Positions 1 through 14,492 of a stretch of DNA of 64,000 nucleotides are shown piece after piece. Position 1 is the first letter of the stretch. Each line of letters begins with the position of its first letter. The notes below the pieces were generated by a model that saw only the letters and a program-made list of their open reading frames with translations, did not search any database and had not been told where the DNA came from. The stretch covers positions 81,205 to 145,204 of the IMG/VR virus record IMGVR_UViG_3300045125_000034, one strand, 5' to 3'. A program made the position numbers and the translations under genes. Source of the stretch: a virus.

Positions 1-2091
1 CCTTGACTGACGCATGGGCGACTAAAACTCCTGTTAGCGGACATTTTACTGCTGGTGTAGCAAGCGGTAACAACGACCTTGCGTTTGAGCGAATTGGTGA
101 GGTTGGTGGTGCTACTGCGGGTGCTAATGGTGCGTTTGTCTCGGGACCTACTGCAACCGCAGGAGCAGCGTATACTTTGACTGACAGCGGCGTAACTATG
201 GAGCGTGACCGTTACGCCAACTACGAATTGCGTATCACTTCAGGAACAGGTATAGGTCAGAAGCGTAGAATTGTAGGCAACAGCCCAACCGCATTTTATG
301 TGAATCGCAAGTGGGATATCACGCCAGACAACACTTCTGTTTACGCTGTATACGGCAACACAAATCTTATATGGTTGTCTAACGGAGGCGGTGGTTCTGC
401 TCTTCACGGATATGCTGTGGAAGAAGACATTTGGCACTCGGCTCACCTTACCGATTACGGCATTGCCAGCAAACATTACTGCAACACCATCTGCCGCGCA
501 GGATATGGTCCTCCACACGAAGGGTTTGCTGTTACATCTATTGTTCGCACCACAAGCGGAATTCTTTCAGGCACGGTAAACGCCGCAGGCACAGGGTATG
601 TGGTTGGTGATTTGGTGACTTGTTCTACCACAGGAACTCTTGGCACATTCTTTGTGACTGCTGTAAACACCTCTACAGGTGCAGTCACCGCTCTTGAACT
701 TGCAGCAAGCGGTTCAGGTTACGCGAACGGTTCGTCCAACACTACAGGTGGTTCTGGTTCCGGCCCGCAATTACACTAACGGTTGGAACAACGGCTCTTG
801 TAACCACAGCCATGAACCACGATTTCCGTCCTCCTATAGCGGGGTTGCACAAGAGTCTGTGACAATTGCAGGCTGTGCAACCGGATACTTCATTCAATGC
901 TACATTCAACGTGATTGGCGTGAGCAGTTACGTCATTCTCTATTGCTGCTCCAAGCAGTAGTGCATCACCAACCGCAGCATCATCACAATCCACTACTTG
1001 TTTGTGGACGCTGCCAAAAACTGGGATACCAACGAATTGGTGGGCAAGATACTGGTCATATGGACATCAGGAGTTACCCCAACGGTGCAGGCTCGTAAGA
1101 TTTCTGCAAATACGGCTACCACCATTTCATTCTCTTCAGGTGCAATCACCGCAGCAACCAACGGCACAAGCCGTTACGCCATACAAGAGCCAAGAGCGTT
1201 TGGTGCGGCGGTGGTAGACAAAGTTGCAACCCGTTCTCCGTTTGGATGGGCTACATCAGGAACCGCAACCACTTTGGTGGACAGCACTAAAACTCGGACA
1301 CGCAATCAATGGACCAACTCACCGTGTTCGTATTATTTCAGGAACAGGCATCAGGAAACGAATCGGTTGTTACAGGTAATACTGCAACCACTCTGACTGT
1401 TGCATCGTGGGGTGTTGCTACACCTGATACTACATCCAAATACGAAATCTTGGACTCACACGGAATCGTTACAACAGGCGGCACAAACTCGTTTACCGAT
1501 TCCGCTAAAAACTACACAACCAACATCTTGGTGGGTAAGCGTTGCAGAATCATTGCAGGAACCGCTATGGGCAACGAAGCCACAATTACTGCAAATACCG
1601 CAACGACTATTACTGCCGCAGTAGGAACCACAGATACCACAAGCGTGTATGTGGTATACGAGCCAACAACAACAGGTGCAGGTCAAGGATTGATATACCC
1701 ATATAATCTGACTGATTCTGCACGAAAGGGAAGAATTTTAGTGGCTCCCGTGGTGCTGCTTCCACTCAGATTAACATTTACGATATTCCCACAAACACAT
1801 GGCAGATTACCGAATATTTTCAACCACAAACTGTAACTCTGACCACAGGTTCCATGTTTGCGTATGATGGTGCAGACTCAATACTGTTCACAAAGGATAC
1901 CACAGGTCGTGTATAACGAAATGAAGTTGGATACTCTTTGAAATTTATCCATCGGGAATTACGCCATATGCACATGGTACGGCAGTAATCAATAACCGAA
2001 TGGAAGTTGTAAAAACTGTAGATGGTTTGAAGTATCTGTATATCATGCGTCATTCTGGATTTGAAATGTGGAGAACGCTGAAGTTCTGGTA
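1..2091 (+). CDS. Virion/tail-associated protein, 5'-truncated, with about 4 repeats of a ~60-aa beta module (frameshifted)
   Basis: ORFs 3..779, 998..1396 and 1309..1836 join across indels and end at ...TLKFW-TAA (2091). Repeated module xxDSxKxWxxNxxxGxxxRIxxGTGxGQxRxIxxNTATT...PDxTSxYxV; Thr/Gly-rich. Confidence 0.65.
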
Positions 2092-2104
2092 ATAGGAGAA
2101 CCCG

Positions 2105-2411
2105 ATGGCACTACAAAAAACAATCTATACGGCAGACAACACAGGAGCATCGTCTAACTACTGGAAGATTCGTTCTGTGTTATTGAATCACACAGAAGGC
2201 AATGGAACGATAACAATAGACGGATATGTTTCAGAGCAAGCACGGCAAACAGGTCGTGTTCCGCTTGAGACTAGAGTTGTTCCTGTAAGCGAATACCCAA
2301 CTCGGTTTTCTCCCTGCGGCTATTGATGAGGCAGGGATGAACGAAGTAAAGGCTGGTTATGTGTTTCTGAAAAGCCTAGTTGCGGACTCTCAAGGTTCAG
2401 AGGATGTTTGA
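2105..2411 (+). CDS. Small tail-fibre-associated protein
   Basis: GGAG RBS, then MALQKTIYTADNTGASSNYWKI...GYVSEQARQ; continues after a frameshift to ...SEDV-TGA. Confidence 0.55.
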
Positions 2412-2428
2412 AGTTTGCTTCGTAATTT

Positions 2429-2799
2429 ATGGACCCAATCAAGAAAATAAACCTAAAAAGAGGACTTACAAGCGGCAGTCAGCCCATTCAGAGTTGTCTT
2501 TTGGTGAACTGGCAGTCAATACATTTGATCGCAAGTTCTTCATGGGTTCTAGTCAAGATGAGGTTCTTGACTTTCCAATAGAGAGAACCTTCTTCTATGA
2601 AACAGCCACCGCATTTCAATATGACTTGGATGCAGGAGCCTTCGGGGCAACTTGCTCAGAGTATCATTTCAAGTTTGGCGACAGACTGTTGCTTAGGGAT
2701 ACATTAGACCAGCTTTGGTATATCTTCCTGCTACGGGAGGAACTGGAACAACCGCTGATTGTATTCCGGGAGTGTGGGTTGAACTTCCGGGAGGAGTGA
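2429..2799 (+). CDS. Small fibre protein with a major-tropism-determinant-like N-terminal motif
   Basis: MDPIKKINLKRGLTSGSQP..LSFGELAVNTFDRKFFMG resembles the IxLKRxxxxGxxPxxLxxGELAxNTxDxKLFxG start of phage fibres. Confidence 0.5.
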
Positions 2800-2801
2800 T
2801 A

Positions 2802-3120
2802 ATGCCAGTACAGTTCCCATCCAATCCCTCACCAAATGAAACTTATGTTTATCCGGGTCTACCCGCAGCGAGTGTCTATTGGCAATGGAACGGGTTTGGT
2901 TGGGCGTTCAGAGGAGCAACAGGGGGAGTAGAGCCACCATCAGCCCTTGTGCCGGGCCAAACTCAAATAGTCCTGTTCCAATCCTACGAAAACCAAGGAA
3001 TTCCTATGGGAGCAGATACAGGTGCTTTGTGGTTCAACACCGACAGCGGGATTCTATACACCTATGTGGGCGGGCAGTACAGGATTTGAGGACGCATGGG
3101 TTCAGGCAACCATCCTAAAT
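2802..3120 (+). CDS. Small virion protein (MxxxFPxxPxxxxxY...WxWNG family)
   Basis: MPVQFPSNPSPNETY...WQWNGFGW...GALWFNTDSGILYTYVGGQ; this motif set is common in T4-like cyanophage fibres. Confidence 0.55.
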
Positions 3121-3145
3121 AACGATATCACACTACCTTCGTAAT

Positions 3146-6100
3146 ATGCAATTCCCATCATCTCCAACACCCGCGACACTTACAGCATCGGCAACAAGAC
3201 ATGGCGATGGAATGGTTTCGCTTGGGACTCCGTAATAGTAGACCTGAATGTAACTGGCAATCTCACCGTAGGCGGCAACATGACCGTCAGCGGAGGGGTT
3301 ACCTCATCTTTCAGCGAGACCCTTGTAATAGAAGACAACATCATACTGCTGAACTCTAATGTCACGGGCGGGTCTCCATCCGAGAACGCAGGCATAGAAG
3401 TTAGCCGTGGTGCTTCTGCGAATGTTCAGTTGCGTTGGAATGAGAGTACAGACAAGTGGCAGTTCACCAACGATGGTACTGCCTACTACAACATACCAAC
3501 GGCTGATTATGTCAGCAGCATAACCGGCACAACAAATCAGATAAGTGTAAGCGGAAGCACGGGGAGTGTGGTTGTAGGGATTCCTAACAGCCCGTACATA
3601 CCCGGCAATCTATCCATAACAGGCTCAAACATAACAATCGTAGGCACTCGTTATGCTCCTAGTTACTTGACATTCAATACAGGTAATACCGCCGAGACCC
3701 CCTATACGAATCAGGAATAGTCATAAACCGTGGTAGTTTAGGAACGCCTGCGTCTTTCTATTTTGCAGAAGCCAATCCCTATTATCCGGGAGGACCATTA
3801 CCTGCACGGTGGGTCTATACCAACGGAACAGATACTTCGTATTTGCCCGCATCAATGACAGATTTTGCGGTAAAGAATGCCAACAATAACTTTAGTGCTT
3901 CCCAAACTATATCAACGGGTGGAGGTTCTATTACTCTAGTTGATACAGACACCTCCCACGCCATGTCTGTTCTTCCTGCTAATGGTTATTTGCAATACGA
4001 AGATAATAGTGTTTCTAGTACACAAGTTTTGCAGTTTGCAGATTTGTATACAGCAGCAGGAGGCGGTGGGTTAGACCCAACTCCGGTCAACTATACAGTA
4101 ACTCTACCTGCTGCAACCTGTACACTTGCAGGACTTGGTTTAGCACAAACATTCTCTGCTTTACAGACCTTTACGGCAGGAATCACAGCCGATTCCCTAT
4201 ATGTTTCTGGTGGTGCTACATTCTCAAGTACTGTTGATGTTTTCGGAGATCTTCATGCTCCAAACATCGTCTACTCATTTGGTGGCAAAACAGGAACAGT
4301 TGGTGCAGGCATAACAAGCACCCAAATCCTGTATTGGAGTGCGAATGATGTCACGGGGTCAAACAACTTCACCTTTGATGGCGTTGATGTTGTAACCCTA
4401 GCAGACACAGGGACACTTTACGGGAAGGTTCTTGGGTCCAACTCTTGTACCCATCAAGAACACATCGGGCGGAACTATCACAAAAGGAACTCCGCTTTAC
4501 GCAACGGGTTCTGTAGGAAATAGCGGCGTAGTAGAAGTAGCAGGATGTAGTGCATCCGACTCTACAAAGATGCCTGCAATCGGTCTTGCAGCAGAAACCT
4601 TGGGTATAAACGGACAAGGACATGCTGTTGTCTTTGGTGTAATCAAGAATGTGGACACAACAGGCTACTCTATAAACGGAACCGTATTCGTTGCTCCTAA
4701 CGGCGGTCTAACCGGAACGAAACCAACAGGAGCAAACGACCAAATTCAAAATGTTGGTCGCGTGGTTCGGGTTCACGCATCCACAGGTGAAATTCTTGTA
4801 AGTGCAATTGGCAGAAGCAACGATGTTCCGAACATACTTCAGGCTCGTTCTTATCTTCTGATGCCCAACGGTCAGACCGCGACTTCTGTAGTTACAACTT
4901 GGAACGGTGCTAGTGGTCCAGTGAACCTTCAACAACTATGTTTCATCCAATGTCGCGGGCGTGGGTATAGCGGTCAGTTCAGCAACGGGCGCAGTAACCA
5001 TAAGCAATGTTGGTGTTACATCGGTCAACGGTGCAACGGGAGCGATTGCAAACATTGCAGTAACCAACGCAGCAGCAGACTTTCAGCGGATTGCAGACAT
5101 TCACCAACTGGTCTGTCTTCGGGATCTACGATCACAGTCAATAACGCAGTTCAGGGGCTAACAAATAGCAACTCACTTGTCTTGAGGACTGCGGTCAACA
5201 AGTTCAAACTATATCACCATAGGTGCTACCGGAGAACAACATGACTATTGCTCCCGGCAGCGGTAGTCTAATGCGTGTGACTACGGGGTATGGTTCGGTG
5301 TTTGGTCAGACTTCTGAGCTGTCAAAGAGCCAAATTGGTACTACAGGGAAACGATAACGACACTCTAACCTTTGATGTAACCATAGACCCATCATCTGCA
5401 CTATCGGCTAGTAGAACTCTTGACCTGCCCCGATGCTTCGATGGAACTATCGCTCTAACAAACTCTGTAGTTACCTCTGCGGTCGCGGGCGTAGGTATCG
5501 CGGTTAGTGGTGCTACAGGTGCAGTAACTATAAGCAACAGAGGCGTAACCTCATTCAATGGTTCAACAGGAGCAATCACCTATTACCCACCGACTGCTAC
5601 CACAAGCGTCACGGGTATGGCTTCGTTTGACACCAACAACTTCTCGGTATCAAGCGGTGCAGTAGTATCAAGGCGGGAGGTGTAACTAACGGTTCTCTCG
5701 CCAACTCTTCAGTTACGGTAACGGCGGGTGTTGGATTAGCAGGAGGCGGCTCGGTTGCTTTGGGGTCTTCGGTAACCCTGAACAATGTTGGTGTAACTTC
5801 GTTCAATGGTTCAACAGGAGCAGTCACTTACGCTCCACCTCCAGCCACCTCAAGCGTTACAGGTGTTGCATCGTTCGGTAATCAGTTCAATGTTTCAGCA
5901 GCAGGAGCAGTGATCTCTAACTGCTAACTATGTCTCAAGTGTCAACGGTTCAACAGGAGCAGTTGTTAGCGTAGCAGTCACAGGAGCCAATACATTCACG
6001 GGACTACAAACCATGAATGCAGTGGATTAACTGCAACAACCATATATGCAACGAGTGGTGCTACTTTTGCGGGCGCGGTGTCATCGGATACAGGCTATCG

Positions 6101-6406
6101 GGTTTCATCAAGTGCGGTAAACACTCAAACAGGAACTACCTACAGCCTAACTGCTTCAGACAACGGTAAAATCATCACCATGAACAATGGTGCTACAAGT
6201 ACTGTAACTGTAATTGGTGGTCTTCCTGTAGGATTCAACGCAACAATCATTCAGTTGGGTGCAGGAAGTGTTGGCTTTACTTCGGCTAGCGGTGTTACCT
6301 TGAACAGTTTTGCCTCTTCTCTAAACATGGCAGGACAGCACGGTGCTGCTACTGTGATAGCCTATGCAACCAACATCTTCAATCTATCGGGAACCTTGAC
6401 TGTATG
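3146..6406 (+). CDS. Long tail fibre protein (frameshifted, about 1080 aa)
   Basis: MQFPSSPTP..TYSIGNKTWRWNG start. Contains IEDNIILLN..NAGIEVSRG..WNESTDKW module, a DUF2190/cement-like module (4440-4830), VTS[VF]NGxTGA repeats (4900-5960) and a C-terminal NTQTGTTYSLTASDNGK...NLSGTL module. Confidence 0.7.
4940..5970 (+). repeat. Coding repeats VAGVGIAVSxATGAVTISNxGVTSxNGxTGA within the tail fibre
   Basis: Near-identical blocks at about 4952, 5482, 5780 and 5935 (e.g. ttcaatggttcaacaggagca twice). Confidence 0.7.
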
Positions 6407-7394
6407 GATTACCATACCATCTGCCCGTGGGGTTATTACTCGTTCCCCGATGGCTGAAGAGGGAGTAGTTACAACCAAAAAGTCTTCAGGAACATTTCCG
6501 CTTGTATGTAGCAGTATGCGTCCTCGATAGCGGGGGTTATAATTACACCACGATGAGAGTAACAGTTCTTTGGTGGGATGGAACCAAAACAACACAGAGT
6601 TATGATGTTGGTTTTACTCCAGAACTTGGTGGAGGAATAATGTGTGATATACCATTTACATTCAGCAAGAGTGTAAGTAGCCCATACAACAATACTAACG
6701 ATAAAATAGTGCGGGTGTTTCTATCTGATGCAAACGGAAAAGCATTAGGCTACAAGAAAAATGCTTGGATATCCACATTAAATGTTATGGACACTATTGC
6801 ATACTCAGATAACGGAGTAAGTGCAATTGATGTTTCTGGATTGAGTAGATTGGGTGAGTTGACTACAGAATTAAACCAAAATCTAACTACGCTAAATCGT
6901 TTACCAAAATCATTAGTGTATATCTTTAGCGGAAATTGCGGTCTCACAAATGTAAATGTTACTGGTTTAACAAATCTTTCATCTCTTCATGTATATGCAT
7001 CGGCATTAACTTCTTGATGTATCTTCATGTACGGGGCTAACCGATCTTTGGGCTTTTTCCTGCAATTTAACGGGAACACTAACCCTAAATGGATTGAGTG
7101 GTCTTTCCGTAGTTAAAGTACACGGCAATCCTAATTTGACATCTGTTCGTGCTATGGGGGTTGGTGGTAACATGGGTACTTATTACTCATATTCAAGTTA
7201 TTCAGTCTTCTATTCGGGCATGAATGTCAGCCTGCAATCTGAGTGGATCTGCTTTGAATCAACTTTATACAGATTTGGATACTCCTTCGTCAGGACCAAA
7301 TGCATACCTTATAGTTGGAAATCAGGCAGGAGGAGGAGAAGCATCAGACACTCCAAGTATTGCTACCAATAAGGGTTATACAGTTCTACTTTAG
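6403..7394 (+). CDS. Leucine-rich-repeat protein, probable distal receptor-binding adhesin
   Basis: IDVSGLSRLGEL / VNVTGLTNLSSLHV / LDVSSCTGLTDLWA / LTLNGLSGLSVVKVHGNPNLTSV repeats; C-terminus IATNKGYTVLL. Confidence 0.65.
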
Positions 7395-7409
7395 TGATGG
7401 CGCACCCCC

Positions 7410-8000
7410 ATGAGATATTTTATCACCCCAAACTATAGTCTTGCGTTCATACCAAAGCAGCGGCTGTTCTACTCTTGCTCGCTGTGTAATAGATTCCTTC
7501 CAGCTCTTCCGAAAATTTCTCAATAGAAAACGGAGCGTATCCCGAAGGCAGAAGTGCCGACACCTCTCAATGGCAATGGATGGCAAAGGTGGAACACACA
7601 CCAACCAAACCAATACTTGCATTCATACGCGAACCGCTGTCTCGCTTTCTTTCTGCTATGGCACAGTTTGGGCTAACTGATGTTCCTGCTGCTATAGAGT
7701 CTCTTACAGCGGGAACGCATCTACAACTACGCAGAAGAACCATAGACCTATCAGTGAAATCCGCATTTCTTGCCGCAGATAAAGTGGGTAGATGCCAATA
7801 CCAAACTGTATAAATTTCCGCACCATCTAAACGAAGGTGCATTGGAAATAGGATTCACTCTACCACTACCAACAATTAATGCAGCCTCAAATCCAAAACC
7901 TGTTCCCACTCCCGAACAAGAAGCAGCAATACTTCAGTACTACGCAGAAGATACGATTCTTTACAATTCAATCACGACACCACGTGAATTACAGGAATAG
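7410..8000 (+). CDS. Sulfotransferase-family (Sulfotransfer_2-like) protein, frameshifted
   Basis: LAFIPKSGCSTL (5'-PSB loop, rebuilt across one indel), AFIREPLSRFLSA (3'-PB motif) and C-terminal ILQYYAEDTILY. Confidence 0.6.
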
Positions 8001-8025
8001 TTGAAGGCGTATCTCTGCAACAGAA

Positions 8026-8053
8026 TTGACATCAGCAAAATCTGTGGTATACT
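8026..8053 (+). promoter_or_regulatory. Sigma70-type promoter for nrdJ
   Basis: TTGACA-16nt-TATACT with extended -10 TG. Confidence 0.65.
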
Positions 8054-8112
8054 AGGCGTAATCAAAGCGTCTGTTCCTACATACAGGAACAAGACAACTA
8101 GGGAGAAATGCT

Positions 8113-10056
8113 ATGAGTAACCACAACGGTTTGCCTACCCCATATCAATCTTTCATCCATCTTTCTCGTTACAGCAGATGGATGCCTGAAAAGAATCGCA
8201 GAGAGACTTGGGAGGAAACCGTCAACCGTTACTTTGACTTCTTCCAAACACACCCTGCAAGGAGAAGTGCGGCTACACCGTTACTGCCGCACAGCGTGAG
8301 GAGTTGCAGAACGTGGTACTCAATCTTGATGTGATGCCCTCCATGCGAGCCTTGATGACTGCGGGAGAAGCATTGCAGCGTGACCATGTTGCAGGCTACA
8401 ACTGTGCATTCGTTGCGGTCAATCGTCTTCGTGCCTTTGACGAAATCCTCTACATTCTCATGTGCGGTACGGGCGTGGGCTTCTCTGTTGAGCAGCAGTT
8501 TGTAAACAAGTTGCCAACCATCGCGGAGGAGTTCAGCGACAGCGACACCATCATCGTTGTTGAGGACAGCAAGATCGGTTGGGCAAAGGCATTCAAGGAA
8601 CTGGATGTCGCTTCTTGTGGGCGGTCAGGTTCCAAAGTGGGATGTATCAAAGGTTCGTCCCGCAGGTGCAAGACTAAAGACATTCGGTGGTAGAGCAAGC
8701 GGTCCTCGTCCATTAGGAGGATCTGTTCCGCTTCTGCGTTGAGACATTCAAGAGAGCAGCGGGTCGCAAGTTGACTTCTATTGAGGTTCACGACATCGTT
8801 TGCAAGATCGCAGAGATCGTGGTAGTCGGCGGTGTTCGTCGTTCTGCTCTCATCTCTCTATCTGATCTGAACGACGAGCGTATGCGTGATGCCAAGACAG
8901 GTGCGTGGTGGGAAGCCAATGCACAGCGAGCCTTGACTAACAACTCTGCCGTCTACAAGGAGCGTCCTGAAGTAGGAACATTCATGAAGGAATGGCTGTC
9001 TCTTTACAACAGTCAAGTCGGGCGAGCGTGGCATCTTCAATCGTGATGCTGCCAAGCGAACCGTTGCGAAGTTGGGAGATCGTCGTGATTCAAACTACGA
9101 GTTCGGAACCAACCCATGCTCGGAGATCATTCCTCCGTGATCGTGAGTTCTGCAATCTCTCCGAAGTTGTGGTTCGTAAGGATGACACCGTAGAGACCCT
9201 GAAGAACAAGGTTCGTCTTGCTGCAATCCTTGGTACATGGCAGGCTAGTCTTGCTGACTTCCGTTACCTGTCAAGCGAGTGGCGTAAGAACTGCCAAGAG
9301 GAAGCCCTTCTTGGTGTATCTCTCACGGGCATCCTTGGATAACCCTATCATGCGTGGGACAGGCACGGAACTACAGTCCATGCTTGAGAATCTTCGTAAA
9401 CACGCAGTTGACACAAACGAGAAGTGGGCAAACCGACTCAACATCAATCCCGCTGCTGCTATCACCTGTGTGAAGCCAAGCGGAACCGTATCGCAGTTGA
9501 CGGATGCGGCTAGCGGTATTCATGCTCGCCACAACCCTTACTACATTCGTACCGTTCGTGCTGATCGTAAAGACCCTCTGTGCCAATTCATGTTGGACAA
9601 GGGATTCCCGCAGAGCCGTGTGTGATGAAGCCCGATTCGGTCATGGTCTTCTCGTTCCCGATGAAGTCGCCCGATCATTGCATCACCCGTAACGATATGA
9701 CGGCTATTGAACACCTTGACCTGTGGTTGGTGTATCAGAACTATTGGTGCGAACACAAGCCATCAATTACGGTAACGGTCAAGGAGCCTGAGTGGGTAGA
9801 GGTCGGTGCATGGGTCTACAAGCACTTGGATTCGGTATCAGGCATCTCGTTCCTACCCCACTCCGATCACTCCTACAAGCAGGCTCCCTATCAGGACTGC
9901 ACCAAGGAGGAATACGAAGCCTTCCTGAAGCGTATGCCCAAGGATGTGGATTGGACCGAACTGAGCAAGTACGAGAAGGAAGATAACACAAGTGGGACGC
10001 AGACCTACGCCTGTTCTGCTAACTCCTGTGAAATCGTGGACTTAGTGAACTCGTAA
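8113..10056 (+). CDS. nrdJ: Class II (adenosylcobalamin-dependent) ribonucleotide reductase, frameshifted
   Basis: FIHLSRYSRW..RRETWEETV, MPSMRAL, YNCAF, VVVGGVRRSALISLS, GTNPCSEI, FCNLSEV, TCVKPSGTVSQL, WCEHKPSITV and C-terminal ACSANSCEI. Confidence 0.93.
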
Positions 10057-10084
10057 GGTCCGGATAAAAGAATTTGTGAAAAAC

Positions 10085-10124
10085 ACTCTCCACCCCTTGC
10101 TTTTGGGTGGAGAGTTGTTATATT
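10085..10124 (+). promoter_or_regulatory. Sigma70-like early promoter overlapping an 11-bp inverted repeat (possible nrdJ terminator)
   Basis: ACTCTCCACCC-cttgctttt-GGGTGGAGAGT; TTGCTT (10097) to TATATT (10119); AAGGA RBS downstream. Confidence 0.55.
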
Positions 10125-10146
10125 AGAGATGTAAAGGAAACCACCA

Positions 10147-10955
10147 ATGAGCAGCACCTCCCAAACAACCTACGAAGTCACCGAAGAGTTCAAGAACGCG
10201 GCTTTGACCGAAGCCGAGCAGATCGCCAAGTTGGAGAAGGCAAGCACCGAGGGCAACTACTACTTGGAAGTCGCCGCCAAGTGCTTCGTCAAGAGCCGAC
10301 TGTATGCGGGTCTCGCCGTCCGTAAGGAAACTTGGTCATGGCGCACCTTTGATGACTGCCGTAGTGGCGTGACCCGCCAAGTCCTTGCCCTGAACCTTGT
10401 GACGGGTGAGGTGTCGTGGGTGAACGACGGCGGCGGTGAGGATCTCTACGGCAGCACCGACGATACCAAGGGCAACATCCCCATGAACGCTACCCTGAGC
10501 AGCGGAAGCAGGCTCTTGAGTGGCTGAAGAACAATCGCGGCACTAACGCTGACCGCGATAGGCTTGCCTACCAACTGCGGTCGTGCGAGGAGACTGCCTC
10601 TCAGAAGGCGGCTGAAGCCTTCAATCGCCTGACCGAGATCCGCAAGGGCAACACCGTCAAGGTGGTCAAGGGTCGCAAGGTTCCTGTCGGGACTACGGGT
10701 ACGGTTGTGTGGGTCGGTAACAGCAACTACGGTCCTCGCGTCGGTATCAGTCCGAGCGGCAGGATGGTCGGTAAGCGGTACGCCGATGTTGTGTGGACTG
10801 CCCTGACCAATGTGGAACTGAACGAACCCGCCATCGTGGAGGAGGCCAACCGTGCGGCTGCTGAAGCCCACCAAACCTACTACACGCGAGAGACCGCCGC
10901 CGCCTACGGTCGCTTCACCGAACTGATGGAGCGATACGCCCGACTGCTCGCCTGA
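10147..10955 (+). CDS. Hypothetical early protein with a KOW/SH3-like C-terminal part, GC-rich, frameshifted
   Basis: ORFs 10147..10527 and 10662..10955 join. EIRKGNTVKVVKGRKVPVGTTGTVVWVG motif; own promoter and terminator. Confidence 0.6.
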
Positions 10956-10975
10956 ACTAAACTTCAGTCCTTTAC

Positions 10976-11022
10976 GGACCCCCTGCCACCCCGAAAGGGA
11001 CTACGGTCGGCAGGGGTCTTTA
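10976..11022 (+). terminator. GC-rich stem-loop terminator with a structured loop
   Basis: GACCCCCTGCC...GGCAGGGGTC followed by TTTA, just after the stop codon. Confidence 0.6.
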
Positions 11023-11028
11023 TAAATA
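11021..11028 (+). promoter_or_regulatory. T4-type late promoter
   Basis: Exact TATAAATA a few bases before the GTG of the resolvase gene. Confidence 0.6.
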
Positions 11029-11033
11029 TGTAG

Positions 11034-11583
11034 GTGAAGATCGTAGGCATTGACTATTCATTATGCTCTCCGTGCGTTGCCTTTATAGGCACGGATATGA
11101 CCTATGAGGCACACTTCTCACGCCCACCCGCAGGCATGCGGGCGCGTGTACGCACCCGTGCGTGGCGCGGACAGGCGTGTACACACGCACGGGCATGCGT
11201 ACCCTGATTGGACCACAGAGGAAGAGAGACACCACAAGATATCCGAATGGGCTTTAGGTCTCTGTAAGGGTGCAGACCTGATCGTTATAGAGGACTATGC
11301 TATGGGAGCCAAGGGTCGCGTTTTCAACATTGGGGAGAACGCGGGACTGTTGAAATGGAAACTGTGGCAGGGTGGATACCGATTTGAAAAGATACCGCCA
11401 ACGGTCTTGAAGAAGTACGCCACAGGTAAGGGTAACGCCGACAAGGACAAGATGCACCAAGCCTTCCTAGATCGCTTTGGAGTCAATCTGAAGTCTTTGA
11501 TGACTCCTGACGCAACCAAAGTAGGAAACCCCGTGAGCGATATCGTAGACGCTATCTTCCTCTGCTGCTACGGCGAGACTCTA

Positions 11584-11598
<15 letters not shown>
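11034..11598 (+). CDS. RuvC-like Holliday junction resolvase
   Basis: MKIVGIDYSLCSP, LIVIEDYAMG, PPTVLKKYATGKGNADKDKM and SDIVDAIFL give the RuvC acidic catalytic residues. Confidence 0.8.
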
Positions 11599-14433
<2,835 letters not shown>

Positions 14434-14462
14434 TTATGACTTCTCCCCTAGAATTGTCTTGT

Positions 14463-14470
14463 GTATTTAT
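14463..14470 (-). promoter_or_regulatory. Probable late promoter (ATAAATA) for fibre A
   Basis: GATAAATAC on the minus strand in the intergenic gap, followed by a GGAG RBS. Confidence 0.45.
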
Positions 14471-14492
14471 CTCTTTTCAAATATCAGACGAA

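Noticed and set aside
8113-10056. Intron or intein in nrdJ
   Set aside because: Total length (about 645 codons) fits an uninterrupted monomeric NrdJ, and the motifs are colinear.
11104-11200. Short GC-rich low-complexity patches (also about 22770-22830, 32130-32175, 38135-38165, 47065-47100, 55845-55885, 58560-58580) as insertions or repeats
   Set aside because: They replace expected coding sequence inside conserved genes and share no consensus, which points to basecalling artefacts. A link to modified bases cannot be judged without raw signal.
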